Positions 1 through 8,337 of a stretch of 64,000 nucleotides of DNA are shown in pieces (the stretch's first letter is position 1; each line of letters begins with the position of its first letter). The position numbers were made by a program, and so were the translations under genes. Below the pieces are notes generated by a model. The model saw only the letters and a program-made list of their open reading frames with translations. It was not told the origin of the DNA and made no database searches. Source of the DNA: Frankiales bacterium (GTDB lineage: Bacteria > Actinomycetota > Actinomycetes > Mycobacteriales > SCTD01); contig JAOPWV010000105.1 in the NCBI GenBank assembly GCA_025965475.1, positions 320 through 64,319 of the forward strand, written 5' to 3'.

Positions 1-572
1 AGGTCGAAGGTCACCGGCGGCAGCGCGTCGCCGACGGTGAGCAGCATCAGCGGGTCGGGCTCGCGGCCGGTGACGGACCTGACCCAGGCACCCATCTCGC
101 CGCCCCCGTTGCCGTCACCCTCCTGCCAGCCGGCGTTCGCCCGGTGCAGCCGGATGTCGAGCTGCTCGACGATGCCGTTGCGGTGCTCGCCGGCCGGCGC
201 GATGTTGCGGATGCACTCCTCCACCGGCGGCAGCTCCGGTGGCCGCCCGCCCCGGGACCAGAAGGGCGCGGAGTCGGCCGGCAGCCGCCCGGCCGAGCAG
301 AGCATCTCCACCTTGACGCCGTCCTCCTGCTCCAGCCGCAGGCGCAGGGAGGAGACCGAGCGGCCGGTGCGCAGGCGCTCCACCTCCAGCACGGCCGGTC
401 CGAGTCGCGGCGCCGAGACGAAGTGGGCACTGACCGCCAGCGGATGGGGGTGGTCGGGATCGCCGGCGAGTGCCGTGCTGACCGCGTTCTCGACGAGCCA
501 GCCCCCGTGCAGGACACCGGCGCCGTACGCCCAATCCGGCGGCAGCGTGAGGTCGTGGCGGGTGGTGCTCAC
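1..572 (-). CDS. acyl-CoA thioesterase-like protein (TesB/hotdog-type), 3' end cut by window edge
   Basis: This ORF is not in the track because it runs off the edge. Hand translation of the minus strand from GTG (572..570) gives VSTTRHDLTLPPDWAYGAGVLHGGWLVENAVSTALAGDPDHPHPLAVSAHF...DPLMLLTVGDALPPVTFDL. It has high GC3 and family-level resemblance only. It is divergent from the pirin gene. Confidence 0.5.
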   Translation of the reverse strand, partial: MSTTRHDLTLPPDWAYGAGVLHGGWLVENAVSTALAGDPDHPHPLAVSAHFVSAPRLGPAVLEVERLRTGRSVSSLRLRLEQEDGVKVEMLCSAGRLPADSAPFWSRGGRPPELPPVEECIRNIAPAGEHRNGIVEQLDIRLHRANAGWQEGDGNGGGEMGAWVRSVTGREPDPLMLLTVGDALPPVTFD

Positions 573-688
573 GGCGGCGGCTCCAGAAACTCGGTGGGGC
601 GCCGAGTGTCGCAGTTGCGGGAATCATGCGGGCCGCGGGACAGTTACGGTTGCTGTAATTGCACTTTCAACGACTTGAGGAGCACGCC

Positions 689-1660
689 GTGCCTGCGGTG
701 ACCGCTGACACCCTGACCCTGACCCGCGTCCCGGCCGCCGGACTGGGCGACGTCGAGCGTCCCGTGCGCTCCGTCACGACTGCCCCCTCCGGCTTCGAGG
801 GCGAGGGCTTCCCGGTCCGCCGGGCCTTCGCCGGTGTCGAGCCGCGCGATCTCGACCCGTTCATCCACATGGACCAGATGGGCGAGGTGGAGTACGCGCC
901 GGGCGAGCCCAAGGGCACCTCCTGGCACCCCCACCGCGGGTTCGAGACCGTGACCTACATCATGGACGGCACGTTCCTGCATCAGGACTCGCACGGCGGC
1001 GGCGGCGTCATCCAGGACGGCGCCACCCAGTGGATGACCGCAGGTGGCGGGATCCTGCACATCGAGACGCCGCCCGAGGAGCTCGTCCTGAGCGGCGGCC
1101 TCTTCCACGGCATCCAGCTCTGGGTCAACCTGCCGGCCAAGGACAAGTTCACGCCCCCGGCGTACCAGAACCTCGAGGGCAGCCAGGTCACGCTGCTCGC
1201 CTCCGAGGACGGTGGCAGCCTGCTGCGCGTGATCGCCGGCGACATCGGCGGCGTGCGCGGCCCCGGCTCGACCCACACCCCGATCAGCCTCGTGCACGCC
1301 AGCATCACTCCCGGCGCGCAGCTGAGCATGCCGTGGCGCGCGGACTTCAACGCGCTCGTCTACGTCCTCGCCGGACACGGCACCGTCGGCGTCGAGGGCC
1401 GGCCGATCCGCACCGGCCAGCTCGCCGTGCTGGGCAAGGGCGACCGGCTGACGGTTGCCGCCGCCCGCCAGCAGGACGCCCGCCACCCGGCGCTCGAGGT
1501 GCTGCTGCTCGGCGGGGAGCCGATCCGCGAGCCCGTCGCGCAGTACGGGCCGTTCGTCATGAACACCCGCGAGGAGCTGGTGCAGGCCGTCGAGGACTAC
1601 CAGTCCGGGCGCCTCGGGGTCATCCCGGACGGCGCCCTCATGCCCCACACCAGCCGCTAG
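689..1660 (+). CDS. pirin family protein
   Basis: Track ORF 659..1660 starts at TTG. I trimmed it to the in-frame GTG at 689 (VPAVTADTLTLTRVP). Pirin/cupin signatures are present: TAPSGFEGEGFPVRRAF, HPHRGFETVTYI and QWMTAGGGILHIE. Confidence 0.9.
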   Translation: MPAVTADTLTLTRVPAAGLGDVERPVRSVTTAPSGFEGEGFPVRRAFAGVEPRDLDPFIHMDQMGEVEYAPGEPKGTSWHPHRGFETVTYIMDGTFLHQDSHGGGGVIQDGATQWMTAGGGILHIETPPEELVLSGGLFHGIQLWVNLPAKDKFTPPAYQNLEGSQVTLLASEDGGSLLRVIAGDIGGVRGPGSTHTPISLVHASITPGAQLSMPWRADFNALVYVLAGHGTVGVEGRPIRTGQLAVLGKGDRLTVAAARQQDARHPALEVLLLGGEPIREPVAQYGPFVMNTREELVQAVEDYQSGRLGVIPDGALMPHTSR

Positions 1661-2184
1661 CCAGCAGCCGGCTCGGCGGTCAGGCGCTGCAGCGCGAGGA
1701 CGGTGTTCCAGTTCCGCGCGGTCGCGTCGACGCCGAGCCGGGCCAGCACCGCCGCCGAGAGCTTCGAACGGCCCGCCCCGCTCGGGTAGTGCAGGTAGAG
1801 CGCCTGGTCGCCCAGCCGCAGCTCGTCGGGCAGGAACGTCTCGGCGTCCAGCGCGGCGAACCGCTCCGGGTCCGGCTGCCCCGCCAGGAACGCGACGTGC
1901 AGGGTCGTCGGCGCGGCCGCGGCGTCCAGGAACGGGTTGGCGTCGACGACCGCGGTCAGCTCGGTGTGCGTGCGCGCCACGACGGCGACGCCGAACCGGT
2001 CGGCGACGCCGCGGCAGAGGTCCTGGCGGCTCAGCGCCGTCGTGACGACGGCATTGCCGCTCTGGAGGTACGTGGAGACCTGGATGCCGCCGAGCGACTC
2101 CAGGCAGGCACGCAGGTCGGCCATCGGCACCCGGTTGTTGCCCCCGACGTTGACTCCGCGCAGCAGGACCGCATAGGTGATCAC
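1657..2184 (-). CDS. DUF1697-like protein
   Basis: Track ORF 1657..2379 was trimmed to GTG at 2184 (VITYAVLLRGVNVGGNNRVPMADLR), the characteristic N-terminus of this family. The stop overlaps the pirin stop region. Confidence 0.8.
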   Translation of the reverse strand: MITYAVLLRGVNVGGNNRVPMADLRACLESLGGIQVSTYLQSGNAVVTTALSRQDLCRGVADRFGVAVVARTHTELTAVVDANPFLDAAAAPTTLHVAFLAGQPDPERFAALDAETFLPDELRLGDQALYLHYPSGAGRSKLSAAVLARLGVDATARNWNTVLALQRLTAEPAAG

Positions 2185-2264
2185 GGCGCCGATTGTGTCG
2201 CTCAACCTGAACCGGGCCTGAACGATGGTGGTCGTACGTCGTCGTAGGGGCCGATACTCCCGCC

Positions 2265-2930
2265 ATGGAGGCTCGGCTGCTGGTCGTGGAGGACGACCAC
2301 GGCCTGCGGGACGTCCTGGCTCGGGCGCTCCGCGAGGAAGGCTTCGAGGTGCGCACCGCGTCGGACGGACGGTCCGCACTGCTCAGCGCGCAGCAGCCGG
2401 TCGACGCGGTGGTGCTCGACATCGGCCTGCCCGACGCGGACGGCCGCGACGTCTGCGCGGCGCTGCGGGCCCGCGAGGTCACGGTGCCGGTCATCTTCCT
2501 CACCGCGCGCGACGGCGTGACGGACCGCCTCTCCGGGTTCTCCGCCGGCGGCGACGACTACCTGGCCAAGCCCTTCCACGTCGCCGAGCTGGTCGCGCGG
2601 CTGCGGGCGGTTCTGCGCCGCTCCGGCGGGGTGCCGCCGCCCTCGCTCGGCGACGGCCTGACCCTCGACCCCGCCGTCCACGCGCTGCGGGCGCCCGGCG
2701 GGACGGTTCCCCTGTCCCCGACGGAGTTCCGGTTGCTCGCCTGCCTGTTGCGAGCGCCGGGGACCGTCGTCCGGCGACGCGAGCTCCTCAGGGCCGCCTG
2801 GCCGGACGGCGCGATCGTCGCGGACAACACCCTCGACCAGTACGCCGCCAAACTGCGGCGCAAGCTCGCCGAGGCGGGAAGTACCCGGCGGCTGTCGGCC
2901 GTGCGCGGCGTCGGTTACCGGCTCGGATGA
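2265..2930 (+). CDS. OmpR-family response regulator
   Basis: The receiver domain shows LLVVEDD and VVLDIGLPDADG. A winged-helix C-terminus is present (LSPTEFRLLACL...VRGVGYRL). Confidence 0.9.
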   Translation: MEARLLVVEDDHGLRDVLARALREEGFEVRTASDGRSALLSAQQPVDAVVLDIGLPDADGRDVCAALRAREVTVPVIFLTARDGVTDRLSGFSAGGDDYLAKPFHVAELVARLRAVLRRSGGVPPPSLGDGLTLDPAVHALRAPGGTVPLSPTEFRLLACLLRAPGTVVRRRELLRAAWPDGAIVADNTLDQYAAKLRRKLAEAGSTRRLSAVRGVGYRLG

Positions 2931-4255
2931 TCCGGGTCGGCAGGATCGGCACCCTGCGGGGGCGCCTCGCCCTGGTGGTGGTCCTCACCACGTCTGCGTG
3001 GGCGGGTCTGCTCACCGTGGGGTTCAACGTCGTCCTGGCCGGCCAGTTGCACAACCAGGCCACCTCCCTGCTGCGGGAGCGCGCCGCGGTGGCCGCGGGA
3101 ACCGTCGAGATCGGACCGGACGGGCAGCTGACCATCCACGACCCGGCCACGGACGAGGCCCTCGACTCCAGCATCTGGATCTACGCGGGCAAGGATGCAG
3201 TCGAACGCCCTCGCGCGGGCCAACAGCTCGACGACGAGGCTGACCGGCTCGCGGACAGCGGGCAACGCTTCGCTCTCATCACGGACCCCGCGCCCACCCG
3301 GCTGTTCGCGCTGCCCATCAAGGTGGGCCACCGCCAGGTGGCGACCGTGGTCTCCGCGGTCTCGTTGGACCCCTACCGGCACGTCCAACGCGTCGCGTTG
3401 CTCGCCAGCCTGGGGCTCGCCGTGCTCCTGCTGGCCGGGGTCTACGGCGCGACCCGCATCCTCGTCGGCCGGGCTCTGGCGCCGATGACGGCGATGAGCC
3501 GGCAGGCCGCCCGGTGGAGCGCGGAGGACGAGACCCAGCGCTTCGGACAAACCCACCGGCCGCGCGAGCTGGCCGCCCTGGCCGGCAACCTGGACGGCCT
3601 GCTCGACCGGCTGGACGCCGTACTCCGGCACGAGCAGCACTTCACCGAGGAGCTGTCGCACGAACTGCGTACGCCCCTGGCGCTCATCACCGCGGAGACC
3701 GACCTGCTGACGGTCCGGCCCCGTACCCCCACGGAGCGGGCCCTCGCGTACGGCCGCATCTCCGACGCCTCGGCCCGCATGAGCCGGATCCTCGAGACGT
3801 TGCTGACCGCCGCGCGCTCCCGCGGACTGCCCTCGACCGGGCGCTGCGAGCTGCGTCCTGTCGCCGAGCTGGCCGCCGCGCGCTGTGCGGCCGGCGACGT
3901 GACGGTGACGGTCGTGGGCCCCCCGGGCCTGGCGGCCGGGGCGGGGGCGGACGTCGTGGAGCGCATCCTCGCGCCGCTGCTGGACAACGCGGTGCGCTAC
4001 GCCACCAGATCGGTCCAGGTCGAGCTGGCCGTCAACCGGGCGCAGGTCGTGCTGCGGGTGACCGACGACGGACCGGGCGTCGAACCCGCAGTCCGGGATG
4101 CGGTCTTCGAACCCGGCCGGCGAGGCAGCGACGACGGGCATCTCGGAGCGGGGCTGGGGCTTGCGCTGGCCCGGCGGCTGGCCCGTGCCGCCGGTGGCGA
4201 CCTCCAGCTGACGTCCGGCGGCGCCTTCGAGATCCGGCTGCCGCGGGTCGCCTAG
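2927..4255 (+). CDS. sensor histidine kinase
   Basis: The ATG at 2927 overlaps the response-regulator stop (ATGA), in the frame of track ORF 2225..4255. There is an N-terminal TM segment, an H-box SHELRTPLALI, and N/G boxes LLDNAVRYA, DDGPGV and GAGLGLALARRL. Confidence 0.9.
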   Translation: MIRVGRIGTLRGRLALVVVLTTSAWAGLLTVGFNVVLAGQLHNQATSLLRERAAVAAGTVEIGPDGQLTIHDPATDEALDSSIWIYAGKDAVERPRAGQQLDDEADRLADSGQRFALITDPAPTRLFALPIKVGHRQVATVVSAVSLDPYRHVQRVALLASLGLAVLLLAGVYGATRILVGRALAPMTAMSRQAARWSAEDETQRFGQTHRPRELAALAGNLDGLLDRLDAVLRHEQHFTEELSHELRTPLALITAETDLLTVRPRTPTERALAYGRISDASARMSRILETLLTAARSRGLPSTGRCELRPVAELAAARCAAGDVTVTVVGPPGLAAGAGADVVERILAPLLDNAVRYATRSVQVELAVNRAQVVLRVTDDGPGVEPAVRDAVFEPGRRGSDDGHLGAGLGLALARRLARAAGGDLQLTSGGAFEIRLPRVA

Positions 4256-4291
4256 GGTCGTCACCGGTCCAGCTCACCGGGAGGGGAACGC

Positions 4292-4990
4292 GTGTCGGTC
4301 AGCATGGCCAGCGGGCGCCGCGTGCTGCTCGTCGAGGACGACAGCAGCATCGGCGCCGGACTCGTGGCCGCCCTGGCCGGCGCGGCCTACGAGGTGCGGT
4401 GGGCGCGTACCGCCCAGGAGGCCAGGGCCCTGCTCGCCGGCCGTGACGCCGACCTCGTCCTGCTCGACCTCGGGCTGCCCGACGGTGACGGCATCGAGCT
4501 GTGCCGCGACCTGCGGGCCACCGACGACCAGGTGGTGGTCGTCGTCGTGACCGCCCGCACGGACGAGGCCGATGCCGTCCTGGCCCTCGACGCCGGGGCC
4601 GACGACTACATCACCAAGCCGTTCCGCGTCGTCGAGCTGCTGGCGCGGGTGCGCGCCCACCTGCGCCGCCGCGACGCGGCCGGCCCCGACGACGTCCGGG
4701 TCGGCCGGCTGCGCCTGGACCGCCGGGGCCGACGGGTCTGGATCGACCAGACCGAGCTCGTCCTGCGGCCCAAGGAGCTCGAGCTGCTCTCGATGCTCGT
4801 GGCCTACGCGGGCACCGCGGTACGCCGCGAGCAGCTCATGGACGAGGTGTGGGACGAGCACTGGCAGGGCTCGACCAAGACCCTCGACGTCCACGTCGCG
4901 AACCTGCGGCGCAAGCTCGCCGACGCCGGCGACCGGTGGGACCGGATCGCGACCCTGCGGGGGTACGGCTACCGCTACGAGGCGGACTGA
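4292..4990 (+). CDS. OmpR-family response regulator
   Basis: Receiver motifs are VLLVEDD, LVLLDLGLPDGDG and ITKPF. The C-terminus has LRPKELELLSML...LRGYGYRY. Confidence 0.9.
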   Translation: MSVSMASGRRVLLVEDDSSIGAGLVAALAGAAYEVRWARTAQEARALLAGRDADLVLLDLGLPDGDGIELCRDLRATDDQVVVVVVTARTDEADAVLALDAGADDYITKPFRVVELLARVRAHLRRRDAAGPDDVRVGRLRLDRRGRRVWIDQTELVLRPKELELLSMLVAYAGTAVRREQLMDEVWDEHWQGSTKTLDVHVANLRRKLADAGDRWDRIATLRGYGYRYEAD

Positions 4991-6303
4991 GCCGGCAGGA
5001 GCAGCGCCAGCCGGGGATGCGGAGCCCGGCGGCGGACGAGCAGGTCCCCGCCGAACCGCTCCGCCAGTTCGGCAGCCAGCCGCAGCCCGACACCCGGAAC
5101 CGCTCCGTCGGCCAGCCCGGGCCCCTCGTCCGCGACCTCGACCACGACCCGCTCACCGAACGGCTCGACGGTCACGGTGACGCGGCCGGCCCCGTGACGC
5201 AGGGCGTTGTCGACCAGCACGTCCAGCGCCTGACGCACCGCGGCGTCCGGTACCCGCACCCGGTCCACCTCGTCGGCCCGCAGGTCGACCGCCCGCCCGC
5301 TCGTCGTACGCCGCCAGCGCTCCACGACCTCGACCGCGACCGCGACCGGGTCGCACGACACGTCCTCGTCCGCGGACCGGACGACCAGCAGGTCGTCGAT
5401 CGTCGTCTCCAGGTGGCGGGCCCGCTCCAGGGCCGCCTCCAGTGCGGCCTTCCCGGACCCGTTGGCGCTCGGCGCCAGCGCCGTCTCGAGTCCGACGAGC
5501 AGACCGGCCAGCGGCGTCCGCAGCTGGTGCGAGGCGTGCCGGGTGAACTCCCGCTCGTGGCGGACCAGGGCGCCCACCTGCCGGGCGGACTGCTGCAGCG
5601 CGGCACCGGCGGCGTCCGCCTCGGCCAGCCCCCAGCTCGGCAGCGCCAGGTCGTACGACCCGGAACCGAGCGACCGGGCGGCGTCGGTCAGTGCCTCGAA
5701 CGGCCGGGAGATCCGGCGGGCCACCCGGCCGGCGACGACGAACACGACGGCCAGCACCAGCAGGGCCAGCCCCAGCAGCGCCGCCCACGCCTCGAGCACG
5801 CGCTCCCGCAGAACGGCCACCGGGATCGCCGCCCGCACCGTGCCGGCGACCGCCACGTCGGAGCGGACCGGCAGCACCACGGTGAGCTGCCCGGCCTCGG
5901 TGCCGTCCCGCTCGCGTCCGTCGGCGGCCTGTCTCGCCAGCGCCGACGTCGCTGGGCCGGTGCCCGCGACCCGGCGCCCGGCGGGGTCGTAGACCGCAAG
6001 GACCGAGGGGGCGGCCAGCCGCGGCAGGGCGATGGCGGCGCCGACCTCGATCGCGTTGTCGGGGACGCCGGCCAACGCCCGCGTCGCGTCGCGCTGCAAC
6101 CGGGTCAGGGCCTCGTCGTCGACGACGCGGTTCACCGCGATGGCGAGGGGGACCGCGAACAGACCGATGGCGCAGGCGGCCAGCAACACGATGGCGTCCC
6201 GTACCCGATTGCGGAGCAGCGGCACCCGCCGACTCTGCCACACCGGCAAGCCCCCGCGACGAGGCAAACGCGGCGTTGGCCGAGGGTCGCCTGGCGCTGA
6301 CAT
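4975..6303 (-). CDS. sensor histidine kinase
   Basis: Track ORF 4975..6447 was trimmed to ATG at 6303 (MSAPGD). It has an H-box SHQLRTPLAGL, LVDNALRHG and DEGPGL. Its 3' end overlaps the convergent response regulator by 16 nt. Confidence 0.85.
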   Translation of the reverse strand: MSAPGDPRPTPRLPRRGGLPVWQSRRVPLLRNRVRDAIVLLAACAIGLFAVPLAIAVNRVVDDEALTRLQRDATRALAGVPDNAIEVGAAIALPRLAAPSVLAVYDPAGRRVAGTGPATSALARQAADGRERDGTEAGQLTVVLPVRSDVAVAGTVRAAIPVAVLRERVLEAWAALLGLALLVLAVVFVVAGRVARRISRPFEALTDAARSLGSGSYDLALPSWGLAEADAAGAALQQSARQVGALVRHEREFTRHASHQLRTPLAGLLVGLETALAPSANGSGKAALEAALERARHLETTIDDLLVVRSADEDVSCDPVAVAVEVVERWRRTTSGRAVDLRADEVDRVRVPDAAVRQALDVLVDNALRHGAGRVTVTVEPFGERVVVEVADEGPGLADGAVPGVGLRLAAELAERFGGDLLVRRRAPHPRLALLLPAQSAS

Positions 6304-6338
6304 TCCGGTTCCTAACGTCGTACTCCCCGACCTCTGGA

Positions 6339-7004
6339 GTGCTCGTGCTGCACCGCACCGCCACCCTCTCCGTCTCCGCCCTGCTCGGCGTGGCCGTGCT
6401 GGCCACCGGTTGCGGTGGCTCCTCTCCGGCCCCCGCGCCGGGCACATCCCCCGCAGCCGGGTCCTCCGCCCCCGCGGCAGCCGCAGGTCCGAGCGCCGGC
6501 AGCGCCGGCACCGAGAAGCCGGTGGCCGTGGAGAGCAACCCGCCGGGGGACATCAGCGACAACATCCAGTACGTCGCCTACACGAACCCGGCCGGGCGGT
6601 ACACGATCAAGCATCCCGAGGGCTGGGTCCAGCAGGAGCAGGGGGCGAGCGCCTCCTTCAACGACAAGCTCAACGGGCTCACCGTCGCGCCGGGCACGGC
6701 CACCACGGTGCCGACGGTGCAGACCGCCACGTCGACGGACGTGCCAGCGCTGCAGCGCAGCCAGCCGGCGTTCCAGCTCGGCGCCGTCTCGGCGGTCACC
6801 GTCCCGGCCGGCAACGGCGTGCGGATCGTGTACCGGCGCAACTCGGCCCCGGACCCGGTCACCGGGCGCAAGTACCGGGACGAGGTGCAGCGCTACGAGC
6901 TGGTCCACAACGGACGCGAGGTGGTCGTGGAGCTGTTCGGGCCCGTCGGGTCGGACAACGTCGACCCGTACCGCATCATGATCCAGAGCCTGCAGATCTC
7001 ATGA
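6339..7004 (+). CDS. secreted lipoprotein of unknown function
   Basis: GTG at 6339 gives VLVLHRTATLSVSALLGVAVLATGCGG, a signal peptide plus lipobox LATGC. A Pro/Ala/Ser linker follows. This is the first gene of the ABC operon. Confidence 0.7.
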   Translation: MLVLHRTATLSVSALLGVAVLATGCGGSSPAPAPGTSPAAGSSAPAAAAGPSAGSAGTEKPVAVESNPPGDISDNIQYVAYTNPAGRYTIKHPEGWVQQEQGASASFNDKLNGLTVAPGTATTVPTVQTATSTDVPALQRSQPAFQLGAVSAVTVPAGNGVRIVYRRNSAPDPVTGRKYRDEVQRYELVHNGREVVVELFGPVGSDNVDPYRIMIQSLQIS

Positions 7005-7693
7005 CCGACCGCCTGCCCCTGCGCGCCGAGGGCCTGCACCGCTTCTACCGCCGCGGCGGCAGCGAGGTCGCCGCGCTGCTCGACGTGAGCCTGACCTGCT
7101 CCCCCGGCGAGACCGTTGCCGTGACCGGACCCTCGGGTTCCGGCAAGTCCACGCTGCTCGGGCTGCTCGCCGGGCTCGACGACCCGGACGGCGGCCGCGT
7201 CACGATCTACGGCGAACGCCTCAGCCACCTCAGCGACCGCCAGGCGGCCCTGATGCGGGGCCGCCACATCGGCGTCCTCACCCAGGCCAGCGGCCTGCTC
7301 GGGCACCTCGACGTGCTCGCCAACGTGCAGCTCGCCGAGTCGCTGCGCCGTACGTCCGGGCGGGCACCCGGCGCCGCCCCCGGTGCCGAGGAGCTGATCG
7401 AGCGGCTCGGGCTGTCCGCCGTACGGCGGGCGCGACCCGCGACCCTGTCCGGCGGCGAGACCGCCCGCGCGGGCTTGGCCGTCGCGCTGGCCGGCGGCCC
7501 CGACGTCCTGCTCGCGGACGAACCCACCGCGGAGGTCAGCGCCGACGAGGAGGTCACCGTCCTGGACCTGCTCGCCGAGTGGCGGCCGGCCGGCGGCGCG
7601 ACCGTCCTCGTCACGCACTCAGCCGTGGTCGCCGGTCGGGCCGACCGGGTCGTCGCCCTGCGCGACGGCCGCGTCGTCGGGGCTGCCGCATGA
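7001..7693 (+). CDS. ABC transporter ATP-binding protein (MacB/LolD-like), copy 1
   Basis: ATG at 7001 overlaps the upstream stop (ATGA). Motifs are Walker A GPSGSGKST, signature LSGGE and Walker B VLLADEPT. Confidence 0.9.
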   Translation: MTDRLPLRAEGLHRFYRRGGSEVAALLDVSLTCSPGETVAVTGPSGSGKSTLLGLLAGLDDPDGGRVTIYGERLSHLSDRQAALMRGRHIGVLTQASGLLGHLDVLANVQLAESLRRTSGRAPGAAPGAEELIERLGLSAVRRARPATLSGGETARAGLAVALAGGPDVLLADEPTAEVSADEEVTVLDLLAEWRPAGGATVLVTHSAVVAGRADRVVALRDGRVVGAAA

Positions 7694-8337
7694 ACGCGCC
7701 GACCGTGACCGTCGGCCAGGTCGTCCAGGCCCGCGGGGTCGGCGTCGACCATGCGGGTCGGCAGGTCCTGACCGGCCTCGACCTCACCGTCGCGGCGGGC
7801 GAGCAGCTCGCCATCAGCGGCCGGTCCGGCAGCGGCAAGACCACCCTGCTGCTCGTCCTGGCCGGGCTCCTGCCACCGAGCTCGGGACAGGCCGGCACCA
7901 CCTGCACCCCACGAGAGGTCATGTACGTGCCCCAGGCACCGTCGCTCGTCCCCGAGCTCACCGCGGAGGAGAACGCCTCGCTGCCCCTGCGGCTGCGCGG
8001 CGTCCGGCCCTCCGAGGCCCTCGACCGGGCCCGCGCCCAGCTCGCGTTGCTCGAACTCGGTGAGGCGACAGAAGCCCTGCCCCACGAGCTGTCCGGCGGG
8101 ATGCAGCAGCGGGTCGCCCTCGCCAGGGCGCTGCTCAGCGAGCCCCGGCTGCTCCTCGCCGACGAGCCGACCGGGGCGCTCGACCGGCGTACCGGCACGG
8201 CGGTCGTGGAGGTGCTGCGCGCCTCCATGCAGCGCACCGGCGGCGCGCTCGTCGTGGCCACCCATGACCCCGAGGTGGCGGCCGGCTTCCCGCGCCGGCT
8301 CCTGCTCGAGGCCGGCCGCCTGCAGGAGCTGTCGTGA
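7690..8337 (+). CDS. ABC transporter ATP-binding protein (MacB/LolD-like), copy 2
   Basis: ATG at 7690 overlaps the upstream stop. Motifs are Walker A GRSGSGKTT, signature LSGGMQQR and Walker B LLLADEPT. Confidence 0.9.
   Translation: MNAPTVTVGQVVQARGVGVDHAGRQVLTGLDLTVAAGEQLAISGRSGSGKTTLLLVLAGLLPPSSGQAGTTCTPREVMYVPQAPSLVPELTAEENASLPLRLRGVRPSEALDRARAQLALLELGEATEALPHELSGGMQQRVALARALLSEPRLLLADEPTGALDRRTGTAVVEVLRASMQRTGGALVVATHDPEVAAGFPRRLLLEAGRLQELS

Noticed and set aside
2225-4255. Long N-terminal extensions in track ORFs, for example 2225..4255, 6032..7693, 13056..14537, 15985..17748, 45995..48112, 57254..59914, 60028..62163 and 61512..63905
   Set aside because: The extensions overlap well-supported upstream genes in another frame. 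In each case an in-frame ATG or GTG that overlaps the upstream stop, or has a Shine-Dalgarno sequence, gives a protein of the normal family length. I trimmed each ORF rather than call a fusion. The exception is 60028..61515, where both halves are real domains.
4975-4990. The 16-nt 3' overlap of a convergent regulator and kinase, and the 43-nt convergent overlap of the SIS protein and hypF at 25735..25777
   Set aside because: The overlaps are real as far as the stop codons go. Short convergent overlaps are common in compact GC-rich genomes. Nothing indicates an antisense regulatory function.
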